From the NCBI GenBank assembly GCA_964530555.1, contig CAZHBD010000001.1, positions 1,835 to 65,834 of the forward strand: a stretch of DNA of 64,000 nt. Reading direction: 5' to 3'. How positions within the stretch are numbered: position 1 is the first letter of the stretch; each line of letters starts with the position of its first letter. The translations under genes and the position numbers were made by a program. The DNA is from an uncultured Candidatus Saccharibacteria bacterium. GTDB taxonomy: Bacteria; Patescibacteriota; Saccharimonadia; Saccharimonadales; AWTP1-31. Positions 54,698 to 63,822 of this stretch are shown in pieces. Below the pieces are notes generated by a model. That model worked only from the letters and a program-made list of their open reading frames with translations, did no database searches and was not told the origin of the DNA.

Positions 54698-55120
54698 TTA
54701 GCGGAGGTGTCCGACAAAAACTTCTACAAAACCATACAGTTTTTTACCGAGGGTTTGCGACGAACAATCTACAGCTGGCCGCAGCTTGAAGACGTCACGG
54801 TCAAAGCAATCGATAAGACTCACGGTACCGATGGCATACTGCTCTTGACGTTTCGACTGAGATGATCGCTCAAATTCAGCCCAATCTGGCACCGGCGGCA
54901 TGTCAACAAGGACTCTAGGTACCACAACTAGTCCATGGTTTTCGTAGTCAACGTAGCGGTTATCGTGTGGGAAGACAGCATGAGCGGTCAGTCGAGAAAA
55001 GGCAGTCTGAGCGTGTCGTATGGTCTGCTGTGCGTGAAACTCGCCAAATTCCATGAAATGTTCGCGACCGAGGTAGTCGGGTGGCAGGTCCCACGGCAAA
55101 GGTTTAAAGCCGCGTTTCAT
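54698..55120 (-). CDS. Hypothetical protein (140 aa)
   Basis: The ORF start overlaps the upstream stop (ATGA). No motif recognised. Confidence 0.6.
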   Translation of the reverse strand: MKRGFKPLPWDLPPDYLGREHFMEFGEFHAQQTIRHAQTAFSRLTAHAVFPHDNRYVDYENHGLVVVPRVLVDMPPVPDWAEFERSSQSKRQEQYAIGTVSLIDCFDRDVFKLRPAVDCSSQTLGKKLYGFVEVFVGHLR

Positions 55121-55749
55121 TTGTACCAGGCCTCCGAAAATCGTGGCCCATCCACTTCCCGGACGGCATGGGGATAGGCATGGATAAAAATCGCCAAGTC
55201 GCCTATACGCTCATAAGTCTTGAGGTGATGAATATTGGGGTCCTTTTCAGAATAGCCCCGCAGTTCAGTTGTAATAGCGAATGATGGCAGGCTAAAATCA
55301 AAGTCACGACGAAACTTTTCGTCTGTAGTCCATCCGACAGATGGTGCATCTTTCGAGAGCTCATGTGAGCCTTGGTACTGAATCAGCTCAGCCTTGCCGT
55401 AAAAGGTGTGGTGGAGGGTAACTGGTGAATCGCCAGCGCGCACATTCGTGTAATCCCAGTGAACGGGTCTGTCGCTGACAAAGCTCTGGGGGATTACATG
55501 CTCTTCGCCCCATTGAGCCTCGACAACCCTGACAATTTCCTGAGCAGTGATGTTTCTAACAACGTGTACGCCAAAGGGTTCGCCGGCGTGCAAAGCTCGG
55601 CTGGCTTCGATGATGCAATCGCTTATCTGATCACAGTCTATTTCGATGGCCGGCTGAGTTGGAATAACCACCTTGCCATCAATTAGGGCATCTGGAGATG
55701 CTAGTGTTTCGGGCATGCGGTAAGCGGGTAATGTTGAACGATTAGACAT
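55117..55749 (-). CDS. Hypothetical protein (210 aa)
   Basis: ORF coupled to the 140-aa gene. His-rich patches; no motif recognised. Confidence 0.6.
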   Translation of the reverse strand: MSNRSTLPAYRMPETLASPDALIDGKVVIPTQPAIEIDCDQISDCIIEASRALHAGEPFGVHVVRNITAQEIVRVVEAQWGEEHVIPQSFVSDRPVHWDYTNVRAGDSPVTLHHTFYGKAELIQYQGSHELSKDAPSVGWTTDEKFRRDFDFSLPSFAITTELRGYSEKDPNIHHLKTYERIGDLAIFIHAYPHAVREVDGPRFSEAWYK

Positions 55750-55808
55750 AAAGATTCAATATTTTACAATAAAAAATATAATAAGTAAATATAAGCGTTA
55801 CAGTATGC

Positions 55809-56708
55809 TTACTGGTGAATTCGCTGCATATGTAGCCCCATGAGAATGGCTCGGGCTTCCACAAGATCGGGTTGAGCTTCTTCAAGTGCGGCGGCTACAT
55901 TATCCGGATTATCAAAGCGGTTGCCATAGTAACCACGATGAGCAGTAATTGCTTCGTAGATATCAGCTAGTGCCAACAGCGATGTCAATCGAGAAACAGT
56001 GTGGCTTAAACCGAGGGGGTGCGCTAACAGCCCCTCTTCAATCAACTTTTTCTGATCGGCTAAAGTTGGGTAAGTCCGCCCGGCATGATTAAAGCAGTGG
56101 TGCCCTAAAACAAGCTGTGGCATGGTTTGTGACAAGATACGATGTGGCTCATCGCGAAACAGATTCCGGATAATGCGGAAGCCAATTTCTGGGTGCAAGT
56201 CAGTGGCCACAAAACGCCGATCGTACATTGATTGATCGATCTCATTGCTCTCGGCATGTGGACCGTCGGTGGCTTGGATAATCGAGTGGTCGATTCCTAC
56301 CTTGCCCAGGTCGTGCAGTAATCCGGCATAGGTCACAACGCGAGTTTCTAAAATGGTATGCCCCATGGTGTCCGCCAAAAAGGCGCCCACCACGCCAACT
56401 CGAGCCATATGGCAGAAGGTAGCAGGGTCAAAGGCCTGCACTTGCCGGGAGCCTTCGGCAATGCGCCAATCCAGAAATGCGCTGGCCACTAAACTTCGGG
56501 CTTCTTCGGTGCCTGGTAGGTCACCAGCCACGGCATCGATGGCGGCACGATGTCCAGCAAGAGACCGTTGTGCGAGTAAGTCCGGAACTGGAGCAGGGGG
56601 TTGATCTAGAACTTCGAGGCGGTGGAGGGCACCTTCCAGGATGAGGTTGTGATTGTTTTCAAAATTATCCTCTCTTTGTGTTAGGCCTTGTGGAGCTGAT
56701 TGTAACAT
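55809..56708 (-). CDS. HD-domain phosphohydrolase, HD-GYP-like (degenerate GYP)
   Basis: LLHDLGKVGIDHSI and LGHHCFNHAGRTYP, to compare with HHExxDGxGYP. Confidence 0.6.
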   Translation of the reverse strand: MLQSAPQGLTQREDNFENNHNLILEGALHRLEVLDQPPAPVPDLLAQRSLAGHRAAIDAVAGDLPGTEEARSLVASAFLDWRIAEGSRQVQAFDPATFCHMARVGVVGAFLADTMGHTILETRVVTYAGLLHDLGKVGIDHSIIQATDGPHAESNEIDQSMYDRRFVATDLHPEIGFRIIRNLFRDEPHRILSQTMPQLVLGHHCFNHAGRTYPTLADQKKLIEEGLLAHPLGLSHTVSRLTSLLALADIYEAITAHRGYYGNRFDNPDNVAAALEEAQPDLVEARAILMGLHMQRIHQ

Positions 56709-56859
56709 ATGTCAGAAAATGCGAGCAGTTCAGACGGACATTAAATAATGAATGTATCATACCGAACGAAAATCTATAGGTAAAATGGTTACGCAACGAG
56801 TGGCATAGGATACAATGGTTAGGCAGTGTGTCTACTAGTTCAGGCCTGCACACCAGACT

Positions 56860-57105
56860 ATGAAGCAATCCGTTCCTATAATAAGCATCATTCTCATCGT
56901 ATTGGCAGCTTTGCTGCTGGCATGGCTAATTGTCTTTATGATTGCTGACTATTTTCGTCACCGTGCCCCACTCAAGCAGGCCGACCCTGAGGTTCGGTAT
57001 AGCTTCGGGCATCATCTAAAAGTTGTCACTATCCCGTTAATCAAATATCGTATTGGTTTCAAAATCGAGAAGGTGGTTGGCTCGGACAAAGTTCGACGTT
57101 TTTAG
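56860..57105 (+). CDS. Small single-TM protein
   Basis: 81 aa with an N-terminal hydrophobic helix. Possible promoter TTACGC-N16-TACAAT at 56789-56816. Confidence 0.4.
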   Translation: MKQSVPIISIILIVLAALLLAWLIVFMIADYFRHRAPLKQADPEVRYSFGHHLKVVTIPLIKYRIGFKIEKVVGSDKVRRF

Positions 57106-57147
57106 ATAAGATAAGTTGAGTTCGGCACAAGGAGGTACAATAACAGT

Positions 57148-57765
57148 ATGAAGATAGCGATATTAGGTACAGGTGCGGTCGGTGTTACGCTAGCGAACGG
57201 CTTACAATCGCTAGGCGAAGAGGTGGTCATCGGCAGTCGTGAACCCAAAGAAATCGAAGGTTGGAACGGCCAAGTTGTTACTTTTCAGGAAGCGGCTGCG
57301 ACTGGTGAACTGGTAATTTTGGCCGTCAAAGGTACAGCGGCTGAAGCGTTGGTTGAAAACATTAAGCAAGAACTGGCCGGCAAAGTGGTTATTGATACGA
57401 CCAACCCGATTGCTGCTGAGCCCCCCAAAGATGGCGTGTTGCAGTTTTTTACCAGCATGAATACGTCCTTAATGGAGCTGCTGCAGGCCGCAGCTCCGGA
57501 GGCAAAGTTTGTCAAAGCCTTTAACAGTGTCGGCGCCGGTTTAATGGTTCAGCCAAAACTTCCTTCTATGCCAACCATGTTTATATGCGGTAATGACGAG
57601 GCTGCGAAGAAAACTACTCAGCAGTTGGCTGAAAAGCTCGGCTGGGAGGTAGAAGATATGGGTACTGTAACGGCTGCACGTGCACTCGAACCACTGTGCA
57701 TGCTGTGGTGTATCCCCGGGATGCGCAGTAACGACTGGAGCCATGCATTTAAAATGCTCCGCTAA
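57148..57765 (+). CDS. NADP-binding oxidoreductase (NADPH-dependent F420 reductase/ProC-like fold)
   Basis: MKIAILGTGAVGVTLANGL Rossmann start; 205 aa. Confidence 0.6.
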   Translation: MKIAILGTGAVGVTLANGLQSLGEEVVIGSREPKEIEGWNGQVVTFQEAAATGELVILAVKGTAAEALVENIKQELAGKVVIDTTNPIAAEPPKDGVLQFFTSMNTSLMELLQAAAPEAKFVKAFNSVGAGLMVQPKLPSMPTMFICGNDEAAKKTTQQLAEKLGWEVEDMGTVTAARALEPLCMLWCIPGMRSNDWSHAFKMLR

Positions 57766-57784
57766 GCAGACGAAAGGCTTGAAG

Positions 57785-58459
57785 ATGGTTGGCCTAGTGA
57801 TTGGTGGCATACTATTGCTAGAAATTATCGCGTTGTTGTGGCTGAAGCTGACGGTGACTACGTATCATAATTTTTGGGTAGAAAAGGCCAAACAGCCAGG
57901 CGAGTTTACCTATATTGCGCTGGGCGATTCGGCAGCGCAGGGCATTGGAGCAACAAGCCCGATGCGTGGCTATGTGGGGCTGATTACGAAACAGCTTGAA
58001 ACCAAGACCGGCAAGAAAGTTAAGGTGATAAATTTGAGTGAAACCGGCGCGACAGTACAAGATTGTCTACGCAACCAAATACCGCTCATTAAAGGTGTGA
58101 AGGCGGATTTGGTAACCATAGAAATTGGTGCTAATGATGTCAAAGCCAAGGATCCAAAAGTCTTTGAGCGGGATATGCGACAACTGATGGCTCAACTACC
58201 GGCGGGTACTTTTATCAGCAACATGCCGTTGTTTAACAGCCGTCCTTCCAGCACAGCCCCGGCAAGAGAGTCCAGTCGTATTGTCGAACGATTGGTGCAG
58301 TTAGACGGTGGTCTGCACTTTGTTGATTTGCAAAAACAAACCACTAATCATCAAAGCATTTTTGGTTTTGCGCCGGATCTGTTTCATCCCAACAACTCAA
58401 GCTACAAGAACTGGTATCAGGCATTCTGGAACGAAATCGAGCCCACTCTTAAGCACTAG
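57785..58459 (+). CDS. SGNH/GDSL hydrolase, membrane-anchored
   Basis: Start set at MVGLVIGGILLL. Block I is IALGDSAAQG, followed by ...GANDV... and ...DLFHPN. Confidence 0.7.
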   Translation: MVGLVIGGILLLEIIALLWLKLTVTTYHNFWVEKAKQPGEFTYIALGDSAAQGIGATSPMRGYVGLITKQLETKTGKKVKVINLSETGATVQDCLRNQIPLIKGVKADLVTIEIGANDVKAKDPKVFERDMRQLMAQLPAGTFISNMPLFNSRPSSTAPARESSRIVERLVQLDGGLHFVDLQKQTTNHQSIFGFAPDLFHPNNSSYKNWYQAFWNEIEPTLKH

Positions 58460-59114
58460 GCTCGTGAAGGGCTAGCCTTTGCTCATATATGTGCTGTCGA
58501 ACGTCAAAGGCGCTTACCCCCGATAGAACAGTGCTAGTTACCATCCCGCCCACCACAAGTGGTCGGACTAATTGAGACACACCAGGGTGCACTTCAGGAC
58601 TAGCTAGCGGCGATACGGAAACTGTCTGGGTGATGCCCAGAATGAATTGTTTCCATTTGCCTAGGGAGCGTGATTTGGCTTCGAGACCATCCTGGCGTGC
58701 TGCTTCGCGAACACCTTCCAGGTATTGGTCGCGTTGTTCCATCAGGAAATTGCAGGCCAGAAAGAACGACCCATATATAAAGTGACCATTGCCGATTTCG
58801 CGTTCGCCAACAGCAGTGTGTAGTTTGCGGTTCACCTCGTGGTCGGTTTCGTGATCTTTCTTGGCGCCTTCGGGGGTGGTCGGTTCTCCCAACAGCCGAG
58901 CTGCCGTCCGGGCCCACACACCATCCACCTTATCTAGCACATGAAATGTACCTACAACATTAGCCAAACCCCATGAATGGTAGTTTGGAGTAGCGGTTAT
59001 CTCACGGTGAATAAGCTCGACGCCATCCTTCCGTAGGTCGCAGGCAGCATCGGCCCACCGCCGTAAACGAGCGGCTCTTTGGGCGGTTGACTCCTGAAGA
59101 GAACGGCGCAACAT
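58449..59114 (-). CDS. Hypothetical protein (221 aa)
   Basis: Long ORF convergent with, and overlapping by 11 nt, the SGNH gene. No motif recognised. Confidence 0.55.
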   Translation of the reverse strand: MLRRSLQESTAQRAARLRRWADAACDLRKDGVELIHREITATPNYHSWGLANVVGTFHVLDKVDGVWARTAARLLGEPTTPEGAKKDHETDHEVNRKLHTAVGEREIGNGHFIYGSFFLACNFLMEQRDQYLEGVREAARQDGLEAKSRSLGKWKQFILGITQTVSVSPLASPEVHPGVSQLVRPLVVGGMVTSTVLSGVSAFDVRQHIYEQRLALHEPSA

Positions 59115-59239
59115 TTATGTATTTTTAACATAAAATCGAGAGTTATTCAATATATACTCTAACGAATATTGGGGGCTACTTACCATTCTTGCAGCATACT
59201 TTTGTACCGAATCGGTTAGTTTCTCGCTATACTGGCACT

Positions 59240-59512
59240 ATGAAGCAGATAATAATTGATGTTCGCGAACCAGAGGAATATGAAAGCGGTCATGTTGTCG
59301 GTGCACTCAATATAACCCCTGATCAGCTGATAGCTGGAGCAACCATGCTGAGCGGTTTTCCAAAAGACACCCCTTTGGTGATTTATTGTCGAACGGGGAG
59401 TCGTAGCAGCGTAGCGATGAATATACTGCAACAACTTGGCTATACTAATCTGACCAATGGCATCAACCAGCAGCAGGTAGAAGCGCATCTAACAGACCGC
59501 AAAGACCAATAA
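59240..59512 (+). CDS. Single-domain rhodanese sulfurtransferase
   Basis: IIDVREPEEYESGHVVGALNI and the active-site loop YCRTGSRS. TATACT (59228-59233) lies 6 nt upstream of the ATG. Confidence 0.75.
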   Translation: MKQIIIDVREPEEYESGHVVGALNITPDQLIAGATMLSGFPKDTPLVIYCRTGSRSSVAMNILQQLGYTNLTNGINQQQVEAHLTDRKDQ

Positions 59513-59788
59513 GTGGCAACTCAATCATTCGTTGATAGAATCTGGAAAGACAAAAACGGCAAGCCGGCCATCGTACAGTTTCCGAATGTGCCGCTGTGGG
59601 TATGGTTCGCTGCATCAGTTGTTCGAAGGCTGTTAGCCCAAGGTACAGGGCAAGATATGTTTGGTGCGCTAGCAACCGTTGCTCTGATCACTTGGGCGCT
59701 GCTCGAGTTGTTCAAGGGTGATAGCTATATCCGCCGCGTGCTGGGTGCAATTGTTTTATCGGGGATTATTGTTAGCTATCTTAGGTAG
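59513..59788 (+). CDS. Small membrane protein
   Basis: 91 aa with 2-3 hydrophobic segments. The GTG start immediately follows the rhodanese stop. Confidence 0.5.
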   Translation: MATQSFVDRIWKDKNGKPAIVQFPNVPLWVWFAASVVRRLLAQGTGQDMFGALATVALITWALLELFKGDSYIRRVLGAIVLSGIIVSYLR

Positions 59789-59799
59789 GGTAAAGTAGG

Positions 59800-60168
59800 T
59801 TATCGCTTATGCATGAACGGACGAGTGATTTTTTCAACATCTACATGCCACTTGTCCACAGTTATGGCAGTGGCAATAAATGTGGCCGTCAGAAGGCCGA
59901 TTGCGAGTTTTATAGCCAGCTCAGGCGTTGGGTCGAGCCATGAGAAAACTAGCCACAATGGGCCTACAAAAGCTATAAAGGCTACCAGCGACACGGCATA
60001 ACTTTTAGCGCGTGTATTAATGTTGAGTGGCAATTCTTTGTAGGCTTTTTTGTTCATATACGCCGTCAGTCGTTTTAGCTTTTCCCGCATATTTTTGACT
60101 TCAAAAACATTATGTAATAGTTCGTTTGTTGCCAGGGCGAGCAGCAAATTGGTGAGATTATGATTCAT
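59800..60168 (-). CDS. Membrane protein, unknown function
   Basis: 122 aa with two clear TM helices in the C-terminal half. Confidence 0.5.
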   Translation of the reverse strand: MNHNLTNLLLALATNELLHNVFEVKNMREKLKRLTAYMNKKAYKELPLNINTRAKSYAVSLVAFIAFVGPLWLVFSWLDPTPELAIKLAIGLLTATFIATAITVDKWHVDVEKITRPFMHKR

Positions 60169-60300
60169 GATCCCAGCTTACCATAACTACATGCGAACAG
60201 CGTTCTGAAAGAGGTTACGCGTTTAACAAGATAATTGCGGAATAGACAACAACAGCTTAATAAACCTTGCGCTTATGCACACCTATGTTTAAATGAGGTT

Positions 60301-62025
60301 ATGAGAAAAGCAACTGCATGGTTGCTTATCGGACTGCTGGTGGGCCAGCTCGGTATGCTAGCCACACCCACCAAAGCGTTCGCAGATACAAACTTAGTAG
60401 TTAACCCGTCGTTAGAGATTGGTAATTCCGCCGGTACAGCACCGCTGAATTGGCAAACAGATCAATGGGGCACCAACACAGCGGTCTTGAGCTATGCAAC
60501 CGACGGCTATAACTCGCCTCACAGTGTCAAGGTGACCATGAGTAACTATACGAGTGGTGATGCCAAGTGGTATTTCGACCCAGTAGCGGTTTCGGCCAGC
60601 ACCAACTATACCTTTACGGAGTACTATAAGGCGTCAGTCACAACCCACCTGGTTGCCATGAGCTTCGATGCGAACAACAAGGAGAGATACTATGACATCG
60701 ATGTCGCAGTGCCGGCATCAGCAGATTGGAAGCCGTATAGCGTTAGCTTTAAGACATTAGCCTCTACCAAAAAAGTAACCATCCTACATTTGATTGAGAA
60801 AAACGGCTGGTTACAAACTGACAATCTCAGCGTAGTGGCATCTGATGCTACGCCGACTCCCACACCAACCCCAACTCCATCGAGCTGGACCGACGCCGGT
60901 GTGCCTAATGGCTCAGTCGAGACTGCACAAAGCACGTCCCAGCCAACTCAGTGGAGCACGAGCAGTTGGGGGGCCAACAGCCCAACGTACCAGTATATTA
61001 ACGAGGGGCACACGGGTGGCAAGAGCGTCAAGGTGACCATGGGCAGCTATACGGACGGTGACGCAAAGTGGATGTTTGACCCGATCGCTCTGCCGGCAGG
61101 CAAGGACTATCGTTTTACAGGGTGGTATAAAACCAACACGATTCCGCACGTGGTGGTGAACTACGTAAAATCAGATGGCAGCGAAGATTTCTTTGGTATG
61201 CCTGACCCAGAGCCGGCAACAGGGGCAGATACTACTTGGCAGAAGTACTCTGACACCTTTAGTGTACCGGCAGGGACCAAGGCGGTCAGTGTTTTCTTCT
61301 TTCTATCGAACTCTGGCTGGGTGCAGAGCGATGACTACACCATAATTCCCTATACCTATACCGGCTTCAATCGTGGGGTAGTGACCTTAACCTTTGATGA
61401 CGGCTTTGAAGAAAATATTACCAATGCTCTGCCGGTTCTGAATAAGTATGGCTTCAAGAGTACACAGTGCTACGCTACGCAATATATCGAAGGTTTGGCT
61501 GACCAAATAGCCAACGTCAAGAAGTTTGCTAGCTCAGGTCATGAGATTTGTGCTCATAGTGTTACACACCCATGGTTTACGCAGCTCTCAACAACCCAGA
61601 TGGACTATGAACTACAGCATTCCCGCGACTTTCTGCAGAGCATAACTGGCAAGTCGGTCACAGACTTTGCCTCACCATACGGCGATTACAACGCGACAGT
61701 TAATAATGAAATCAAGAAGTACTTTGCTTCGCACCGCACAACTGACGAAGGTTACAACTCCAAAGATAACTATAACCCCTACCGCTTACGGGTGCAGAAT
61801 ATGACCCCAACAACAACACTCAGTCAGTTTAAATCGTGGGTGAATAAAGCTAAAGCTGATAAAACCTGGCTGATTCTGGTCTATCACAAGGTAGACACCA
61901 TGGACCTCGATGCATTTGACACTAAAACAGGCGATTTTAAGAACCAGATGTCATGGTTGAGTACGGCTGGCATAACTGTTAAAACCTGGCAGGACGCACG
62001 TGCAGAGATAGTACCGCAATTGTAG
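60301..62025 (+). CDS. Secreted polysaccharide deacetylase (NodB/CE4) with two tandem N-terminal carbohydrate-binding-like modules
   Basis: Signal peptide MRKATAWLLIGLLVGQLGMLATPTKAFA. Duplicated ~150-aa modules (...SVKVTMSNYTSGDAKWYFDP... / ...SVKVTMGSYTDGDAKWMFDP...) are joined by a (TP)n linker. NodB motifs TFDDG and HSVTH. Confidence 0.8.
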   Translation: MRKATAWLLIGLLVGQLGMLATPTKAFADTNLVVNPSLEIGNSAGTAPLNWQTDQWGTNTAVLSYATDGYNSPHSVKVTMSNYTSGDAKWYFDPVAVSASTNYTFTEYYKASVTTHLVAMSFDANNKERYYDIDVAVPASADWKPYSVSFKTLASTKKVTILHLIEKNGWLQTDNLSVVASDATPTPTPTPTPSSWTDAGVPNGSVETAQSTSQPTQWSTSSWGANSPTYQYINEGHTGGKSVKVTMGSYTDGDAKWMFDPIALPAGKDYRFTGWYKTNTIPHVVVNYVKSDGSEDFFGMPDPEPATGADTTWQKYSDTFSVPAGTKAVSVFFFLSNSGWVQSDDYTIIPYTYTGFNRGVVTLTFDDGFEENITNALPVLNKYGFKSTQCYATQYIEGLADQIANVKKFASSGHEICAHSVTHPWFTQLSTTQMDYELQHSRDFLQSITGKSVTDFASPYGDYNATVNNEIKKYFASHRTTDEGYNSKDNYNPYRLRVQNMTPTTTLSQFKSWVNKAKADKTWLILVYHKVDTMDLDAFDTKTGDFKNQMSWLSTAGITVKTWQDARAEIVPQL

Positions 62026-62086
62026 CGCTTACTATTGCTAAAGTTTCTATTTTCTTTTGCAGAATGTGCGGGTACTATAGTAAGCC

Positions 62087-62749
62087 ATGGCTGAACCGCA
62101 TGAATTTGACTCATTTGCTGCCACTCCTCCTCCGTCGTTGGTGGAGTATTGGCGGTCAAGCCCATTCCTAGTTTCCGCCCAAGGCTGGGAAGTGCTGTCA
62201 GCCAGTACGTCATGGCGCTTTCTGACTGTACATACTATTTCAGAATACTTGGGACAGACTACTACTACGATGACAACTGCGCAGGATGCCTTCGGGTTTG
62301 GTGTAGGCGTGGCCTACTCTTACGGCGAGGTCTTTGATCGTCAACACGACACACACGCCAACATTGGCCAAGCCCTTAAACGAATGCCAGCCAAAATCTA
62401 TGCAGATACGATAGCAACGCAACTGCATTACTATATGAAGCTTGTGCATGAAGCAAGTGCAAGCAACGGTTGTGAAAGCCTTGAAATCGAAGCGCCACAC
62501 CTAGTCAATGTTTTTGAACACGATACGCTACGGGAACTTGGGTTTGATGAAGAAGACAATCTGTTTCTTGCCCGTGTGTACAGAGTTGGCGCCGCTGCTG
62601 GTCATGCGTTAGTTCGTGATGCACTCAAAATAGCCGCCAGCCATCAACAACCAAAAAGCGATTTAGAGCGTGTGGTGGCCGATTTTGGTGGTGAAGAGGC
62701 AGCTGGATCACTCCTCGTTGAACAGATTATTTCGCATTTACTCGAATAG
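62087..62749 (+). CDS. Hypothetical protein
   Basis: 220-aa ORF. The start is uncertain (an internal Met at ~62270 is possible). No motif recognised. Confidence 0.5.
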   Translation: MAEPHEFDSFAATPPPSLVEYWRSSPFLVSAQGWEVLSASTSWRFLTVHTISEYLGQTTTTMTTAQDAFGFGVGVAYSYGEVFDRQHDTHANIGQALKRMPAKIYADTIATQLHYYMKLVHEASASNGCESLEIEAPHLVNVFEHDTLRELGFDEEDNLFLARVYRVGAAAGHALVRDALKIAASHQQPKSDLERVVADFGGEEAAGSLLVEQIISHLLE

Positions 62750-62791
62750 TAAAATTACCTATACTGGGTCTATCTAACTGGAGGTTCGCAA

Positions 62792-63451
62792 ATGAACAAA
62801 ATTATCACATTAATTGTGCTCGCAGTTATCGTTGTTGGGGGTGGAACGGCGATAATTCTAACCAACAAAGACAGCAAAGATAGTATGAACAGCTCTCGAG
62901 CAAATTCAAGCAAAACACAAACTGGCCAGGGTAATGACTTTAGTGCGTTGCCGACTGCAGACCTATCCTTTGTGGCCACTTTGACTTCTACTGCGAATGG
63001 GAAAACTGTTAAAACTGTCATGGAGTCGGATGCCAAAACAGGGGCTGTACGCTATGCTTCAGATACTATGACTATGATATACACTAAAGACGCGTATTAT
63101 ATTTGCCAAACAGCAGAGAACTGTTTTAAGTACAAGTTGGGCCAGGGCAGTGGAGCCTCATTTAACCCTAAAGACTACCAGTATGATAGTTCTAAAATAG
63201 ATTCATATAGAAACAGTTCGACAAAGCTTGGTACAGAGAGCTGCCCAGCGGGAACCTGCGTAGTTTGGCAAGTAACCAATGGGGGTTATGTATCAAAGAT
63301 CTATGTAGATAGCAAAACAAAGAGAGTTAGCAAGGTGACAAGTTCTCAAGGTGAAACTTCTACAACGATCATATATGACTATAAGGATGTTTCGGTCCAG
63401 GTGCCAACAAACGCGAAAGATATATCCAGCTTTACCGCTCCTGGGCAGTAG
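62792..63451 (+). CDS. Membrane-anchored/secreted protein, unknown function
   Basis: N-terminal TM IITLIVLAVIVVGGGTAIIL followed by a beta-rich domain with 4 Cys. Confidence 0.6.
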   Translation: MNKIITLIVLAVIVVGGGTAIILTNKDSKDSMNSSRANSSKTQTGQGNDFSALPTADLSFVATLTSTANGKTVKTVMESDAKTGAVRYASDTMTMIYTKDAYYICQTAENCFKYKLGQGSGASFNPKDYQYDSSKIDSYRNSSTKLGTESCPAGTCVVWQVTNGGYVSKIYVDSKTKRVSKVTSSQGETSTTIIYDYKDVSVQVPTNAKDISSFTAPGQ

Positions 63452-63477
63452 CTAAGATTTTGTATCTTGACGTAAGC

Positions 63478-63486
63478 TGGTACAAT
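63478..63486 (+). promoter_or_regulatory. Candidate extended -10 promoter (TGgTACAAT)
   Basis: TGGTACAAT at 63478-63486. AGGAA SD lies before ATG at 63519. Confidence 0.4.
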
Positions 63487-63518
63487 AACCACTAGCAAGT
63501 TAAAAAGGAATAATCCAA

Positions 63519-63782
63519 ATGGTCCCAATCATACTCGTTGTTTTACTACTCGCCGGCGCAGGCTTTGCTGTAATGAAGTTACGTACGCCTAAAGCCCCGA
63601 ATGCAAGCGGTTCGGCTACCACGGGCACCGCGCCTGCACCCAGTGCGGGTCCGGATCAGCCAATGGCAACGCCACCAGCACCACAGGCTCCTGCTGCTCC
63701 TGCAGCACCAACAACGCCACCAGCACCCGCACCTCAAGACCAAACCCCACCGACACCTCCAGCAGCTCCGCCTGCTGCTTAG
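63519..63782 (+). CDS. Single-TM protein with a Pro/Ala-rich tail
   Basis: MVPIILVVLLLAGAGFAVM followed by low-complexity PAPxAP repeats. Confidence 0.55.
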   Translation: MVPIILVVLLLAGAGFAVMKLRTPKAPNASGSATTGTAPAPSAGPDQPMATPPAPQAPAAPAAPTTPPAPAPQDQTPPTPPAAPPAA

Positions 63783-63822
63783 TTCGAAGAATTTCTCCAG
63801 CTAAGTCTGCTAGACTAAACAT

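Noticed and set aside
60846-63782. Short tandem or low-complexity repeats: (ACNCCN)n at 60846-60880, Pro/Ala-coding repeats at 63600-63780, AAAACC x3 at ~5190, Ser/Asn-coding repeats at ~22470-22520. Considered as CRISPR, satellite or contingency repeats.
   Set aside because: All lie in-frame inside ORFs and encode linker or low-complexity peptide segments (TP, PA, KT, SN). There are no repeat-spacer periodicity and no cas genes.
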